Shown in pieces: positions 53,835 to 62,971 of a stretch of 64,000 bases of DNA. Within the stretch, counting starts at the first letter, position 1, and each line of letters starts with the position of its first letter. Below the pieces are notes generated by a model that worked only from the letters and a program-made list of their open reading frames with translations, was not told the origin of the DNA and made no database searches. The translations under genes were made by a program, and so were the position numbers. Source of the DNA: an uncultured Candidatus Saccharibacteria bacterium (GTDB taxonomy: Bacteria; Patescibacteriota; Saccharimonadia; Saccharimonadales; Saccharimonadaceae); assembly GCA_948851665.1 (NCBI GenBank), contig CAQOWG010000003.1, positions 12,021-76,020 on the forward strand, read 5' to 3'.

Positions 53835-55256
53835 CTACATCTGTACTGGCGGCAAACTCGGTGGGTTCGCTTCCGGCCCCATTCCTTCCGGTATCACCGG
53901 TGCTGGTGGCGGTGGCAAAACTGTCTCTGGTCGCGCCACCGGCTCCCCCGCTACCGCAGGATTCGCCATTGGCATCGGTGGCATCTGCTCCGCTCCTGGC
54001 ACTGGTGCCATTGTCGGTACGCTCATCGTCTCCACATTAGGCACACTTGGCGCTTCCGCCTGCGGCATCCCCATACCCGGCATCGGTGGCATCTCTGGCG
54101 CTGGCGCAGTCGCCAAAGCCTCTTGCATCATCGTCGCATAGTCTTTGCCCGGCTCCACCGTCGGCGCTGGCGGCAATTCCGTTACCACCGCCCCAGTTCC
54201 CTGCACCGCTGGCTGATCTACTGGTGCTGTTTCCTCGGCTGGCAAGTTGATATTCATCGGCTGCACCACCACCTCTTCCGCCGAAAGCGGTACTTCCGGA
54301 ATCGAAAGATCCACTGGTGGCTCCGTATCTTCCAATACTGGCGCTGCCTGCGCTGCTGGGTTCGCATTATCCATCACATGCGCTGCAATCAACTGCTGAT
54401 CCGCCCCCATCGTCATCAATCTCGACGCCAATCCTAACGTCTCCGAATTAGTCTTCCCGTTCGAGAATCGGTCCGTCGCCGCCACAATACCCGTCAATAA
54501 TGCAGTCGCCACATCTTTATCAAGCGGCTTTTCTGTACCCTGCATCTCAAAAATCAACCGTGCTATCATCTCCGACACCGAACTCGCCGTCGGATCACAC
54601 CACTCAATCTCGCCAAACTTCCCCGGCGTATCACAAGTAATATTCGCTACCGCCGCATCATGCAAAATCCGACCATAATCCGAAAGTGCCCCATCCAATT
54701 CCGACGCTAGTTTCACGTTCAGCGCCAGCACAAAGTCTACATTATAATCCCCCTTTGAATAAGTCAAATCATCCGCCGTAATCTCCGTCCTATACGGCGT
54801 GATATAAACCTTAACATAATCCCCTTCCAACTTATACCGCAAATGGTCCGCTTTGTCCTTAGAAAGTGCAATAATAAAATCCTGCAAACTTGCCGTATTC
54901 GTCTCAAAAGTCGCCTCCGGCCTCAAAAAGTTCAACGCCCCTGGAATTTCTCCCGAGTAAATCGCCGTGACGTGTCGCTGCATACTATCTAGATAAATCG
55001 TCATCGCAATCGCCGCCGCAATCTCGTCAATATTCGGGTTATTCGAAAGCGCTACCAAAATATTTTCCGATTTCCTCAGCTTCTCAATAATCTGCTTTAC
55101 AAAATCCGCCTGTGCCACCCGCGATACTTTCGGCTCCTCCACTGGCTTCTCTGGCGTCACAACTGGCGCAACCGTCGGCGCCCCATTCCCTGCCGGAGCT
55201 ACTGGGTTCGCCCCCATCGGATTTGGCACATTAGTTGTTTGATTTTGGTTTTCCAT
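53835..55256 (-). CDS. NrnA-like DHH-family protein with degenerate catalytic motifs and a Pro/Ala/Met-rich tail
   Basis: The core (ILVALSNNPNIDEIAAAIAMTIYLDS...) aligns by eye to the NrnA motif I region but lacks the DxD/DHH residues. The C-terminal ~190 aa are low complexity. It occupies the position upstream of truB typical for nrnA. Confidence 0.4.
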   Translation of the reverse strand: MENQNQTTNVPNPMGANPVAPAGNGAPTVAPVVTPEKPVEEPKVSRVAQADFVKQIIEKLRKSENILVALSNNPNIDEIAAAIAMTIYLDSMQRHVTAIYSGEIPGALNFLRPEATFETNTASLQDFIIALSKDKADHLRYKLEGDYVKVYITPYRTEITADDLTYSKGDYNVDFVLALNVKLASELDGALSDYGRILHDAAVANITCDTPGKFGEIEWCDPTASSVSEMIARLIFEMQGTEKPLDKDVATALLTGIVAATDRFSNGKTNSETLGLASRLMTMGADQQLIAAHVMDNANPAAQAAPVLEDTEPPVDLSIPEVPLSAEEVVVQPMNINLPAEETAPVDQPAVQGTGAVVTELPPAPTVEPGKDYATMMQEALATAPAPEMPPMPGMGMPQAEAPSVPNVETMSVPTMAPVPGAEQMPPMPMANPAVAGEPVARPETVLPPPPAPVIPEGMGPEANPPSLPPVQM

Positions 55257-55391
55257 ACTTTGCCCTCATCTTAGCATAAACTCGTCAAAAAAACAATAGC
55301 GGAATCACCCTAAATATGCGCTATAATATATAAAGAGCATCCATATGAATCCCCTATGCTCAACCTAATTTTTAATAAAAGAGAAAATACT

Positions 55392-56387
55392 ATGTGCACC
55401 TCAGTCATTTATCAAACCAAAAACACCTACTTCGGTCGCAACCTCGACCTCGACTATTCTTACCACGAAACTATTACCATTACGCCTCACAACTTCCACT
55501 TCCATTTCGCCGCTCTTCCCGATCTTACTAGTCATCATGCCATCATCGGCGTCGCCTATGTTGTACCGGACGCAAATGGCCAAGATTATCCTCTCTACTA
55601 CGATGCAGTAAACGATATGGGGCTCGGCATCGCTGGTCTTCGTTTTGCCAATAATGCCGCTTACTTCGACAAAATCGCCGACAAAGATAACGTCGCTCCT
55701 CATGAATTTATCCCTTACATCCTCGGTAATTGCGCCAGCGTTGCCGAAGCTCGCGAAAAACTCACCAATATGAGTTTCTATAGGCATGATTTCAACGCCG
55801 ATCTCCCCACGAGCGATCTTCATTGGATTATCACTGATGCTAGAGAATCAATCGTTGTTGAATCCACCGCTGATGGTCTTCACGTCTATGACAACCCAGT
55901 CGGAGTCCTTGCCAACAATCCTGTCTTTCCTGATCAGCTCCTCAATCTCTCCAATTATCTATCCGTTTCTCCCGCCAACCATCAGAATTCTTTCGCGCCC
56001 GCCGTCCCACTCGCCCAATACAGCCGTGGTCTAGGCACCAAATTCCTACCTGGTGGTATGGATTCTGAATCTCGCTTTGTCAAAGCCGTTTTCACCAAGC
56101 AGCACGCCACCTCGCCAGACGACGAACTCTCCTCTATTAGCCAATATTTCCACATTCTCCATTCCGTCGATCAATCACGCGGTTCAGATCAAACCAACCT
56201 TGATCCAGTCGAATTCGAAATCACCGTCTATAGCTCCGGTTATAACCTAGAGCAAGGTATCGCCTACTACACCTGCTATGACAATCACCAAATTTCCGCT
56301 GTTGACATGCACAAAACCGACCTCGACTCCGCCGAGCTCGTTAGCTTCCCAATGGTCAATACCGAACAAATCAACTATCAAAACTAA
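55392..56387 (+). CDS. Choloylglycine hydrolase family (bile-salt hydrolase / penicillin V acylase-like) Ntn hydrolase
   Basis: The start is trimmed so the nucleophile Cys follows Met (MCTSVIYQTKNTYFGRNLDLDYS). The length is ~330 aa and the family pattern holds throughout. Confidence 0.8.
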   Translation: MCTSVIYQTKNTYFGRNLDLDYSYHETITITPHNFHFHFAALPDLTSHHAIIGVAYVVPDANGQDYPLYYDAVNDMGLGIAGLRFANNAAYFDKIADKDNVAPHEFIPYILGNCASVAEAREKLTNMSFYRHDFNADLPTSDLHWIITDARESIVVESTADGLHVYDNPVGVLANNPVFPDQLLNLSNYLSVSPANHQNSFAPAVPLAQYSRGLGTKFLPGGMDSESRFVKAVFTKQHATSPDDELSSISQYFHILHSVDQSRGSDQTNLDPVEFEITVYSSGYNLEQGIAYYTCYDNHQISAVDMHKTDLDSAELVSFPMVNTEQINYQN

Positions 56388-56397
56388 GCACAAAAAA

Positions 56398-56473
56398 TGG
56401 AGCCGTTGACTGGGATCGAACCAGCGACCTGCTCGTTACGAATGAGCTGCTCTACCAACTGAGCTACAACGGC
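56398..56473 (-). tRNA. tRNA-Thr (anticodon CGT), CCA encoded
   Basis: Minus strand: GCCGTTGTAGCTCAGTTGGTAGAGCAGCTCATTCGTAACGAGCAGGTCGCTGGTTCGATCCCAGTCAACGGCTCCA. The cloverleaf folds with one A-C mismatch at 31:39. TGCTATAAT lies 8 nt upstream of the 5' end. Confidence 0.85.
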
Positions 56474-56599
56474 ACAAAACCATTATAGCACACGCTATCT
56501 TCCCTGTCGACAACCTAAACCGACGAGAAGATCAACCTATGCCGTTATCGCTACCGCGACCGTACGGGCAACGAACCTCCCTGTTCAAATCACGCTAAA

Positions 56600-56640
56600 C
56601 CATAGAAACACCTCGACTATATGTCGAGGTGTTTCTATGG
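56600..56640 (-). terminator. 18-bp perfect hairpin that includes the tRNA-Asp CCA end
   Basis: CCATAGAAACACCTCGAC-TATAT-GTCGAGGTGTTTCTATGG, followed on the minus strand by TTTAGCG. Confidence 0.7.
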
Positions 56641-56714
56641 CGGAACCGACGAGACTCGAACCCGCGACCTTCGCCGTGACAGGGCGACGCTCTAACCAAC
56701 TGAGCTACGATTCC
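56638..56714 (-). tRNA. tRNA-Asp (anticodon GTC), CCA encoded
   Basis: Minus strand: GGAATCGTAGCTCAGTTGGTTAGAGCGTCGCCCTGTCACGGCGAAGGTCGCGGGTTCGAGTCTCGTCGGTTCCGCCA. A TTGTCA...TATAAT promoter ends 10 nt upstream. Confidence 0.9.
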
Positions 56715-56772
56715 ACTAGTCACCATTATACTCTATTTCTAGCGTGTTGACAACCCCAAACTTCACCCAAAC

Positions 56773-56801
56773 CAAAAATACTCCCCTTCGGGGGAGTATT
56801 T
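56773..56801. terminator. Terminator after the hdeD-like gene
   Basis: AAAAATACTCCCC-TTCG-GGGGAGTATTT. Confidence 0.75.
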
Positions 56802-56822
56802 CAAGGAAATTGTCCTAGGAAA

Positions 56823-57374
56823 TTATTGCTTAACCGCATCAAGATGTCGCATAAAGATTGCGTCATCAACAACTGACAATACGGCTGCTGCAATCATAAT
56901 CCAACCAATTACTTGGATCACAACCCCAACACTAATAATCATATAAATACCTAGAGCCAGCATTACCATCGCGATTAAAAGTACATAAAACCACGATTTT
57001 ACACCCGCAGCATGCAGACGAATCGCAGTATTCATCCGTACCAGTGACCCATAAATCATCCACGCCCCCACCACCAGGCCAATCGCCCCGCTTAGCTTCT
57101 CCCAAAGCACCACTGAAAGAATCCCGAAAATCAACGCGATAATCCCGTACAGCAAATCATTATTATAAAAATCATACTTTCCATGCACCGCAAAATAGTT
57201 CACAATCTTGTAAACGCCCTTTACAATCAGAAAAATACCTACCACGTAAAAAATCACCCGCAAGATTCCGTCAGGATTTGTCACCAATAGCCCGCCTAGC
57301 ACCCCCACGACGATCGCTTCCAGAATCGCCACCCAGCTCGCAGTCCGCGCCCTCCGCACAATCGGCGCTACCAC
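56823..57374 (-). CDS. HdeD/DUF308-family membrane protein
   Basis: 183 aa with six evenly spaced TM helices in the DUF308 repeat pattern. GTG start with AAGGA upstream. Confidence 0.55.
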   Translation of the reverse strand: MVAPIVRRARTASWVAILEAIVVGVLGGLLVTNPDGILRVIFYVVGIFLIVKGVYKIVNYFAVHGKYDFYNNDLLYGIIALIFGILSVVLWEKLSGAIGLVVGAWMIYGSLVRMNTAIRLHAAGVKSWFYVLLIAMVMLALGIYMIISVGVVIQVIGWIMIAAAVLSVVDDAIFMRHLDAVKQ

Positions 57375-57604
57375 CGCATCCTTACTTTACCCCTTGCTAC
57401 TAGTCCTTTTGCTAGTTTTGGTGTTCTTTTGTTGCGCTTGTTTTTTCGCCACCTTGCCTCCTATTTTTCAAACCTATACAGAACCGCAAGCAGAGTCCGA
57501 CACACCCACCAGCCATTCTTAGATACTCTAATTATACCGCAAACGCTTAATAATTGCCAGTTCAAAGTCCCTCGCTTTGCTAATTTGTGGTATAATCAAG
57601 ACAC

Positions 57605-57679
57605 GCGGGTATCGTATAACGGCTATTATGTATCCTTCCCAAGGATGAGATCAGGGTCCGACTCCCTGTACCCGCACCA
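57605..57679 (+). tRNA. tRNA-Gly (anticodon CCC), CCA encoded
   Basis: GCGGGTA...TATCC-TTCCCAA-GGATG...CAGGG-TCCGACT-CCCTG-TACCCGC-A-CCA. The D-arm is slightly atypical. TGGTATAAT ends 8 nt upstream. Confidence 0.8.
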
Positions 57680-57680
57680 A

Positions 57681-57713
57681 AGAAAGATCCTGAATTCTCG
57701 GGGTCTTTCTTAG
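57681..57713 (+). terminator. Terminator after tRNA-Gly
   Basis: AGAAAGATCC-TGAATTCTC-GGGGTCTTTCT, followed by TAGTTTGTT. Confidence 0.5.
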
Positions 57714-57725
57714 TTTGTTAGGGTC

Positions 57726-58760
57726 TTAGAAGTTGAATTTTATCTGCTTCTGCCCTTGAGCGGTATCGCGGTAGAAATTATAGCGTGGTTCGGAAAGCTC
57801 AAGCGCAAGAGACCAAATTGTGTTTTCGTTATAAACATAGTACGAAGAGCGCAAAACTCGCCAAAGGTCAGTAAATTGATAGTTCGGGAGCTCTTTGCGA
57901 ACCATCCAGTCGGCCTCTGCATAACGTAAAAAGGTGTTCGCGGAAGGGTTTGTCCGTAAAACGGGATCAACCTTGGTATAACCTTGGTCAAGACAGTGAT
58001 TTGTATGGACAAGATAATCAGCGCCTAGAATGGATTTCGGGCGAATCACCTTGTAATCCTTAGCGGCATGTTCGACTACAGCAATATCACCAGTTCGATC
58101 GGCAATGAGGAAATTTTTGGGCACAGCGACCGGAATCTTCCGGAAAACACCTAAGGCCTCCTTGGTGGTTTTGCAAGTCTCGGCGATGTAGCGGATAATA
58201 TGATAGGATGAAAATCCGTATCCCCAATATTTATCACGAAGTTTCGAAGCAGTGAGGCCAATATAGAGACCTTGTTCGTTGATAGCATCTTCCATATAAA
58301 GTTTCCAAGTGCGACGACCATGATGTCGAGGATAAGTACCCTCATCAGAGAACGCGAAGTATCGGTTCTTGCCAATGAGGTTGATTTGATAAACTTGGAA
58401 ATAATCTCGAGCACTGGAATCCCAATCATAGTTACGACCGACGAACGTCTTGCCGTTTTCATGGATAGCAAAGATGGTACAAGCTTCAGAAACGGCATCG
58501 TGCGCAGCAACAACATGACGACGCTGATTGTCGATGGTGCCAGCGATTTCGTCGTAAAGAATCTCATCTTCTGGTAAATTTACGATTTTTGCGACGGCTT
58601 TTGATTCTTCAATAAGCTCAGGCCAAAATTTCTGGTAGATTTTGAGTTGTTTGTTCAGGGTACGCCGATTGACGTGCGTATTAAAACTGTGGTTGCGCTC
58701 AATAAGTTTCTGCGCTAGGTAAGTACCGAACTCGCTGTAGCTTCCGGTAAAGGTATTCAT
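57726..58760 (-). CDS. C45-like autoproteolytic Ntn hydrolase/acyltransferase family protein
   Basis: 344 aa. A ~95-aa pro-region precedes a candidate nucleophile Cys (SEACTIFAIHENGKTFVGRNYDW). The family is judged by eye. The codon bias is opposite to other minus-strand genes. Confidence 0.45.
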   Translation of the reverse strand: MNTFTGSYSEFGTYLAQKLIERNHSFNTHVNRRTLNKQLKIYQKFWPELIEESKAVAKIVNLPEDEILYDEIAGTIDNQRRHVVAAHDAVSEACTIFAIHENGKTFVGRNYDWDSSARDYFQVYQINLIGKNRYFAFSDEGTYPRHHGRRTWKLYMEDAINEQGLYIGLTASKLRDKYWGYGFSSYHIIRYIAETCKTTKEALGVFRKIPVAVPKNFLIADRTGDIAVVEHAAKDYKVIRPKSILGADYLVHTNHCLDQGYTKVDPVLRTNPSANTFLRYAEADWMVRKELPNYQFTDLWRVLRSSYYVYNENTIWSLALELSEPRYNFYRDTAQGQKQIKFNF

Positions 58761-58768
58761 GCTAACCT

Positions 58769-59716
58769 CTATTTTTTTACGTCTTTACTCTCTGTCATTT
58801 CCCGAATAATATACTTCGGCCGTTTCTTTGTCTCTAGGTACGCCTTCGCCAAATATTCCCCAATAATCCCCAAGAAGAACAATTGCACTCCACTCACGAA
58901 CATAATGATACAAACCAAACTCGGCCAACCCGATACTGGATCACCAAACAGCAAAGTCTTAACCACAATCACAATAATCAATACAAACGCCACCAAGCAG
59001 AACAAAATCCCAAAAAGCGCCGACAGTGTCAGCGGCAAAGTCGTGAATGCCACAATACCCTCAATTGCATATGCAAACAACTGCCAGAACGACCAATTCG
59101 TCTTCCCCGCCACTCGCTCTACATTTTCATAAGAAATCCACTTTGTCCTGAACCCCACAAAACTCCACAACCCCTTCGAATACCGATTATATTCCTGGCA
59201 CTCCACAATCGCATCCACTACCTGCCGCGTCATCAAACGGTAATCTCGCGCCCCATCCACCATTTCCACCTTGCTCATCTTGTTAATCAACTTATAAAAC
59301 ATTTTCGCAAAGAAACTCCTAAGCGCCGGTTCTCCTTGCCTAGTTGAACGTCGTGTCGCTACTGAGTCGTAATCCCCCGACTCCAGATATTTCAGCATTT
59401 TTGGCAACAACTTCGGCGGATCCTGCAAATCCGCATCCATCACCGCCACATAATCCCCTGTTGCGTGCTCTAGACCTGCCAACATCGCTGCTTCTTTACC
59501 AAAATTCCGCGAAAAGGTAATATATCGAATACGCTTATCCTCTTCTATCATCTTTTTCAGATCCGCTAGAGTATCATCAGTACTACCATCATCTACAAAC
59601 AGCAGTTCAAATTCATATTCTTTCAGCTCTGCCGTCACCTCATCCACCTCTCTATAAAAAGCTGGTAAAGCCACCGATTCATTATGACAAGGTACTACAA
59701 TCGTTACTTTTTTCAT
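58769..59716 (-). CDS. Family 2 glycosyltransferase (polyprenol-phosphate glycosyltransferase, GtrB/DPM1-like)
   Basis: IVVPCHNES...FVDDGSTDDT...MDADLQDPP plus two C-terminal TM helices. Confidence 0.8.
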   Translation of the reverse strand: MKKVTIVVPCHNESVALPAFYREVDEVTAELKEYEFELLFVDDGSTDDTLADLKKMIEEDKRIRYITFSRNFGKEAAMLAGLEHATGDYVAVMDADLQDPPKLLPKMLKYLESGDYDSVATRRSTRQGEPALRSFFAKMFYKLINKMSKVEMVDGARDYRLMTRQVVDAIVECQEYNRYSKGLWSFVGFRTKWISYENVERVAGKTNWSFWQLFAYAIEGIVAFTTLPLTLSALFGILFCLVAFVLIIVIVVKTLLFGDPVSGWPSLVCIIMFVSGVQLFFLGIIGEYLAKAYLETKKRPKYIIREMTESKDVKK

Positions 59717-60720
59717 GCCTCCTCCTCAGCCCCCACCTCAATATATTTCCGCACCTTCCCCTCTTTATAAAGATTAGCCAGCATCTCATCAAAAGTTGTA
59801 AACTTAATCTTCAATGACATATAGTTCACCTCTGAATCCGTCTTATCGCTCAACTTTACATAATAATATCCGTCACCATTGCTCGACAAAAATTTTTCGC
59901 TCACCTGACCCACTTCCAGCGTCATCGCTTTCGTCGCACGCCCACCATCCACATTCATATTATCCACTAAGCGCCCAGTCTCCTCATATTCCACTTTCTC
60001 GCCCATTTCCTCCGCCACTTTACGAAGATCATTGTCATTCGCAGCCAAAAGTTCCTCCACCTTCTCCGCTTTCTCACGCGCCGCTGCATCCACCTCTTGC
60101 TCGACTTTCGCTTTCATTAGCGAAAGATACAACATCCTCCGGTACTCTGACCTATTCATACCAAAATTATCCCTCAAAATCTTCAAGAACCCCGCCTCGC
60201 TCCGATCCACACCCCCAACTTTCCGGTGCTCCTCAAAAGCCACATCAATTTCCTCTTCACTCACCGTCAAGTTCAATTCCTTCCCCAACTTCAGCGCATA
60301 AGTATATTTAATTGCCTCCGTCAATGCTGCTTGCTTATAACCCTCGCGAACCTGATCGGCATCCTCACTCGTGCCCAACTGTCCACCTTGCTGCTCTGAG
60401 GTTTCCAAATTGCTTCGGTAAATCATCAGATAATCACTATAACGCACCTGCGCCCCATCCACTTCCGCCACTGGCACTGGTATAATCTGCGTCACCCTAT
60501 ACAGCATATCGCCCGTATCTTGCAATTTATAAAGCATCGCCCAACCCGCCACCAGCATCAACACAATCGCCACCAGCGCAATCACCACTGTGTCAATTAT
60601 TACTTTATGCTTAGCATATTGCATTGGATATTTGAATTTCCGCCCACGAGACAAAACTTCATCACGTCGTTCCTCAACCTTCTCTCGCTCAGTTTTCGGT
60701 TTTTTCTTCAAAACTCCCAT
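59713..60720 (-). CDS. Membrane-anchored SurA-N-like chaperone/PPIase-family protein
   Basis: An N-terminal TM helix, then a helical SurA N-terminal-like region. No clear parvulin motif was seen. It has a 4-nt overlap with the downstream GT gene. Confidence 0.4.
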   Translation of the reverse strand: MGVLKKKPKTEREKVEERRDEVLSRGRKFKYPMQYAKHKVIIDTVVIALVAIVLMLVAGWAMLYKLQDTGDMLYRVTQIIPVPVAEVDGAQVRYSDYLMIYRSNLETSEQQGGQLGTSEDADQVREGYKQAALTEAIKYTYALKLGKELNLTVSEEEIDVAFEEHRKVGGVDRSEAGFLKILRDNFGMNRSEYRRMLYLSLMKAKVEQEVDAAAREKAEKVEELLAANDNDLRKVAEEMGEKVEYEETGRLVDNMNVDGGRATKAMTLEVGQVSEKFLSSNGDGYYYVKLSDKTDSEVNYMSLKIKFTTFDEMLANLYKEGKVRKYIEVGAEEEA

Positions 60721-60744
60721 ATTCACTACCATTATAACACGAAG

Positions 60745-62385
60745 CTATTTCTTCACTACCTTCTTCGTTACGTCAAATCTTTCCATATATTTCCCTAGCA
60801 TCAATCTTGTCTGTGAATAAAACGCCGCCGCGCTCTGATACACAATTGCCACTACCGGCATCAAAATCCACTGTATCACCATTGAAAACTTGTTCTTTTT
60901 CTTCACATGATCCGGTCGCTGAGGCAACATTCCTAGCGATACCAGCACTGTAATAATCAGACCTATCGACGCAAAAGTCTGAATCCACCCCACCACATTC
61001 GGTAAGTTAAACGCCACTGCTCCCCTCGCACTTGCATTCATCAACTTCGGCACCCACCCACCAAATGCCACAATTGGTGCCATATAAGCCAATGTTATAT
61101 GGCCATCCAAAAGTCTCATGAACTTCGGGAACAGTTGTAAAAATGGCACTTTGTGCTCTTTGCTAAACAAATACGTCCCCACATACGCCACATCACTCGC
61201 CCCATAATCCCATCGTCGAAGCTGCACAAATTGCGCCTTTAGAGTTTCCCATGTCGACCCCGCAATCACCGCATCTTGATAGATAGGCACCCGAATTGGT
61301 ACTACCTCGTATTTTCCCTCAAAATAGAATAACGATCGCCAATATTGGTGCCCATCCTCTACAATCGTCCGTTTACTCCAAAAATCCATCGCTTCAAGCG
61401 CTGCGAGCGGCTGCGAGTGCGAAGCAAAGTTTTTCAAAAGATGTGGTCTCATCGCCGAAATGATATTAAAAAACGAGTTTGACACCGCAATCACTCGCAT
61501 TGGTGCCGCCGCCTCCCAAATATTATTCGTAAAAATCGAAATCGGCTGGTAGGCATAGTGCTGTCGATCTGGCCGCACACAAAATTCATAAGTTACGTAA
61601 TCCAAATATTTTTTACTCATCCGGTTATCGCTATCCAATGAAGTCACAATCACATTTTCTTTCCGAAGACGTTTTTTCTCGACATACTGAGCCAAATGTT
61701 CCCCTGCATAAGTCAGATTTGGCCCCTTTCCAACAATCTCTCCCTTCAAGTTGTCCGGATGCTTCACCAAAACAAAATCCTTGAACACCCCCTTAAATTT
61801 CTCCTTGAGCTCCCGTGCATTCTGCTCCATCTTTTCTCCACCCCGCTCTTCATAACCCAGTACAAAAATAATCCGCTCATTCGGAAAAGTTGTATCACGC
61901 ACCGCCTCGACCGACGGCACTAACGTCTCCAAACCCTCATCATATGCCACCATGATTACCGCGTTATAAATCTCATGTGGTTTTGGCTCACTATTCCCCT
62001 CCACCGCCGAGAGTAACCGCAAATTTTGTAAATGCTCCTGATAATCATAGCTCGTTCGTCGTTCTTCCCGCCGAACCTCATATGCCCGGTGTGGATCCTC
62101 CAAATCATTCAAGCGTTCCGCCCAATCCACCTTTCCCGCTTCCGCCATCACCTTACGCCCTTGCAATATTCGAAACGCCGTCCCTACTGCTTTTACTAAC
62201 GTAATCGCCACCAGCAACAACAGATACACCGACCCCGCAATCGGACTTATCCATGACAAAATAAACAGCAGTGCCACCGCCACGTAGCTCATTAACCCAG
62301 GTAAAATCTCAAAAAAACGATAAAGCGGCTTTCGCTTCCCTAAAGGAATCTCTGGAAAATTTAGACGCGTTGCCACAACTACCAC
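60745..62385 (-). CDS. Processive family 2 glycosyltransferase (cellulose-synthase-like), multi-TM
   Basis: The D,D,D,QxxRW signature is present (VAYDEGLE, TSLDSDN, QLRRWDYGA), flanked by TM helices. The start is uncertain. I placed it at the GTG at 62385, overlapping the upstream stop; the track start at 62559 overlaps the upstream gene by 180 nt. Confidence 0.7.
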   Translation of the reverse strand: MVVVATRLNFPEIPLGKRKPLYRFFEILPGLMSYVAVALLFILSWISPIAGSVYLLLLVAITLVKAVGTAFRILQGRKVMAEAGKVDWAERLNDLEDPHRAYEVRREERRTSYDYQEHLQNLRLLSAVEGNSEPKPHEIYNAVIMVAYDEGLETLVPSVEAVRDTTFPNERIIFVLGYEERGGEKMEQNARELKEKFKGVFKDFVLVKHPDNLKGEIVGKGPNLTYAGEHLAQYVEKKRLRKENVIVTSLDSDNRMSKKYLDYVTYEFCVRPDRQHYAYQPISIFTNNIWEAAAPMRVIAVSNSFFNIISAMRPHLLKNFASHSQPLAALEAMDFWSKRTIVEDGHQYWRSLFYFEGKYEVVPIRVPIYQDAVIAGSTWETLKAQFVQLRRWDYGASDVAYVGTYLFSKEHKVPFLQLFPKFMRLLDGHITLAYMAPIVAFGGWVPKLMNASARGAVAFNLPNVVGWIQTFASIGLIITVLVSLGMLPQRPDHVKKKNKFSMVIQWILMPVVAIVYQSAAAFYSQTRLMLGKYMERFDVTKKVVKK

Positions 62386-62876
62386 TCCCCCAATAACCGC
62401 ATCATCACTAGTACCGTCACTAAAATCAGCAGCATCGTTGTAATCACTACTATCATCGCCGCATCGCGACCATATTTCCGGTATACCCGCACCGCCAACA
62501 AATTGTGTAGAACACCAAAGACCAATGCCAAAATCGGAAATGCCAACATATTTAACCAACTATCACGCCTATATCCCCCAGTAATACCAGCAATCTCCCC
62601 GTAAACATCCCCATACCCCACAATTACCACTGTATTATGCGGTCTCAAGGTTGACAAGGAGAACACAAAAAGCAACGCCGCCATCACCACCAGCACTATC
62701 ATCAAAGTCATCAAGCCCTTCTGACGATGACAAATCTCTCGCCAGGTCGCTTTCAAACCTTCCGAGTTCTTCTCTCTCTTCTGGGCCTTCGTCGGACGCG
62801 CCGTCTTCTCCGAACGTTCCGTCGCCGGACGCACCACCCCATTCATGGTCCTCTTTTGATTTCTCGCAGTTGTCAT
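62379..62876 (-). CDS. Hypothetical membrane protein with a basic N-terminus
   Basis: 165 aa with 3 TM helices, directly upstream of the GT2 gene. Confidence 0.55.
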   Translation of the reverse strand: MTTARNQKRTMNGVVRPATERSEKTARPTKAQKREKNSEGLKATWREICHRQKGLMTLMIVLVVMAALLFVFSLSTLRPHNTVVIVGYGDVYGEIAGITGGYRRDSWLNMLAFPILALVFGVLHNLLAVRVYRKYGRDAAMIVVITTMLLILVTVLVMMRLLGEW

Positions 62877-62971
62877 TTGTTATATATTATACCGAAACCG
62901 CACACATTATTCAAGTTTGAGCACTTTACTTCACTTTCAGCCTTGTATCACATATCCATTCTTGTACTCTC

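Noticed and set aside
53523-54437. Long ORFs antisense to, or overlapping, well-supported genes (for example 53523-54437, 47808-48785, 18732-19547, 7541-8143, 45145-45744, 32752-33411, 2233-2562)
   Set aside because: They overlap clearly identifiable conserved genes and have low-complexity or biased composition (S/P/T/R/H-rich). They are the expected by-product of the strong strand skew, which depletes stop codons on the antisense strand.
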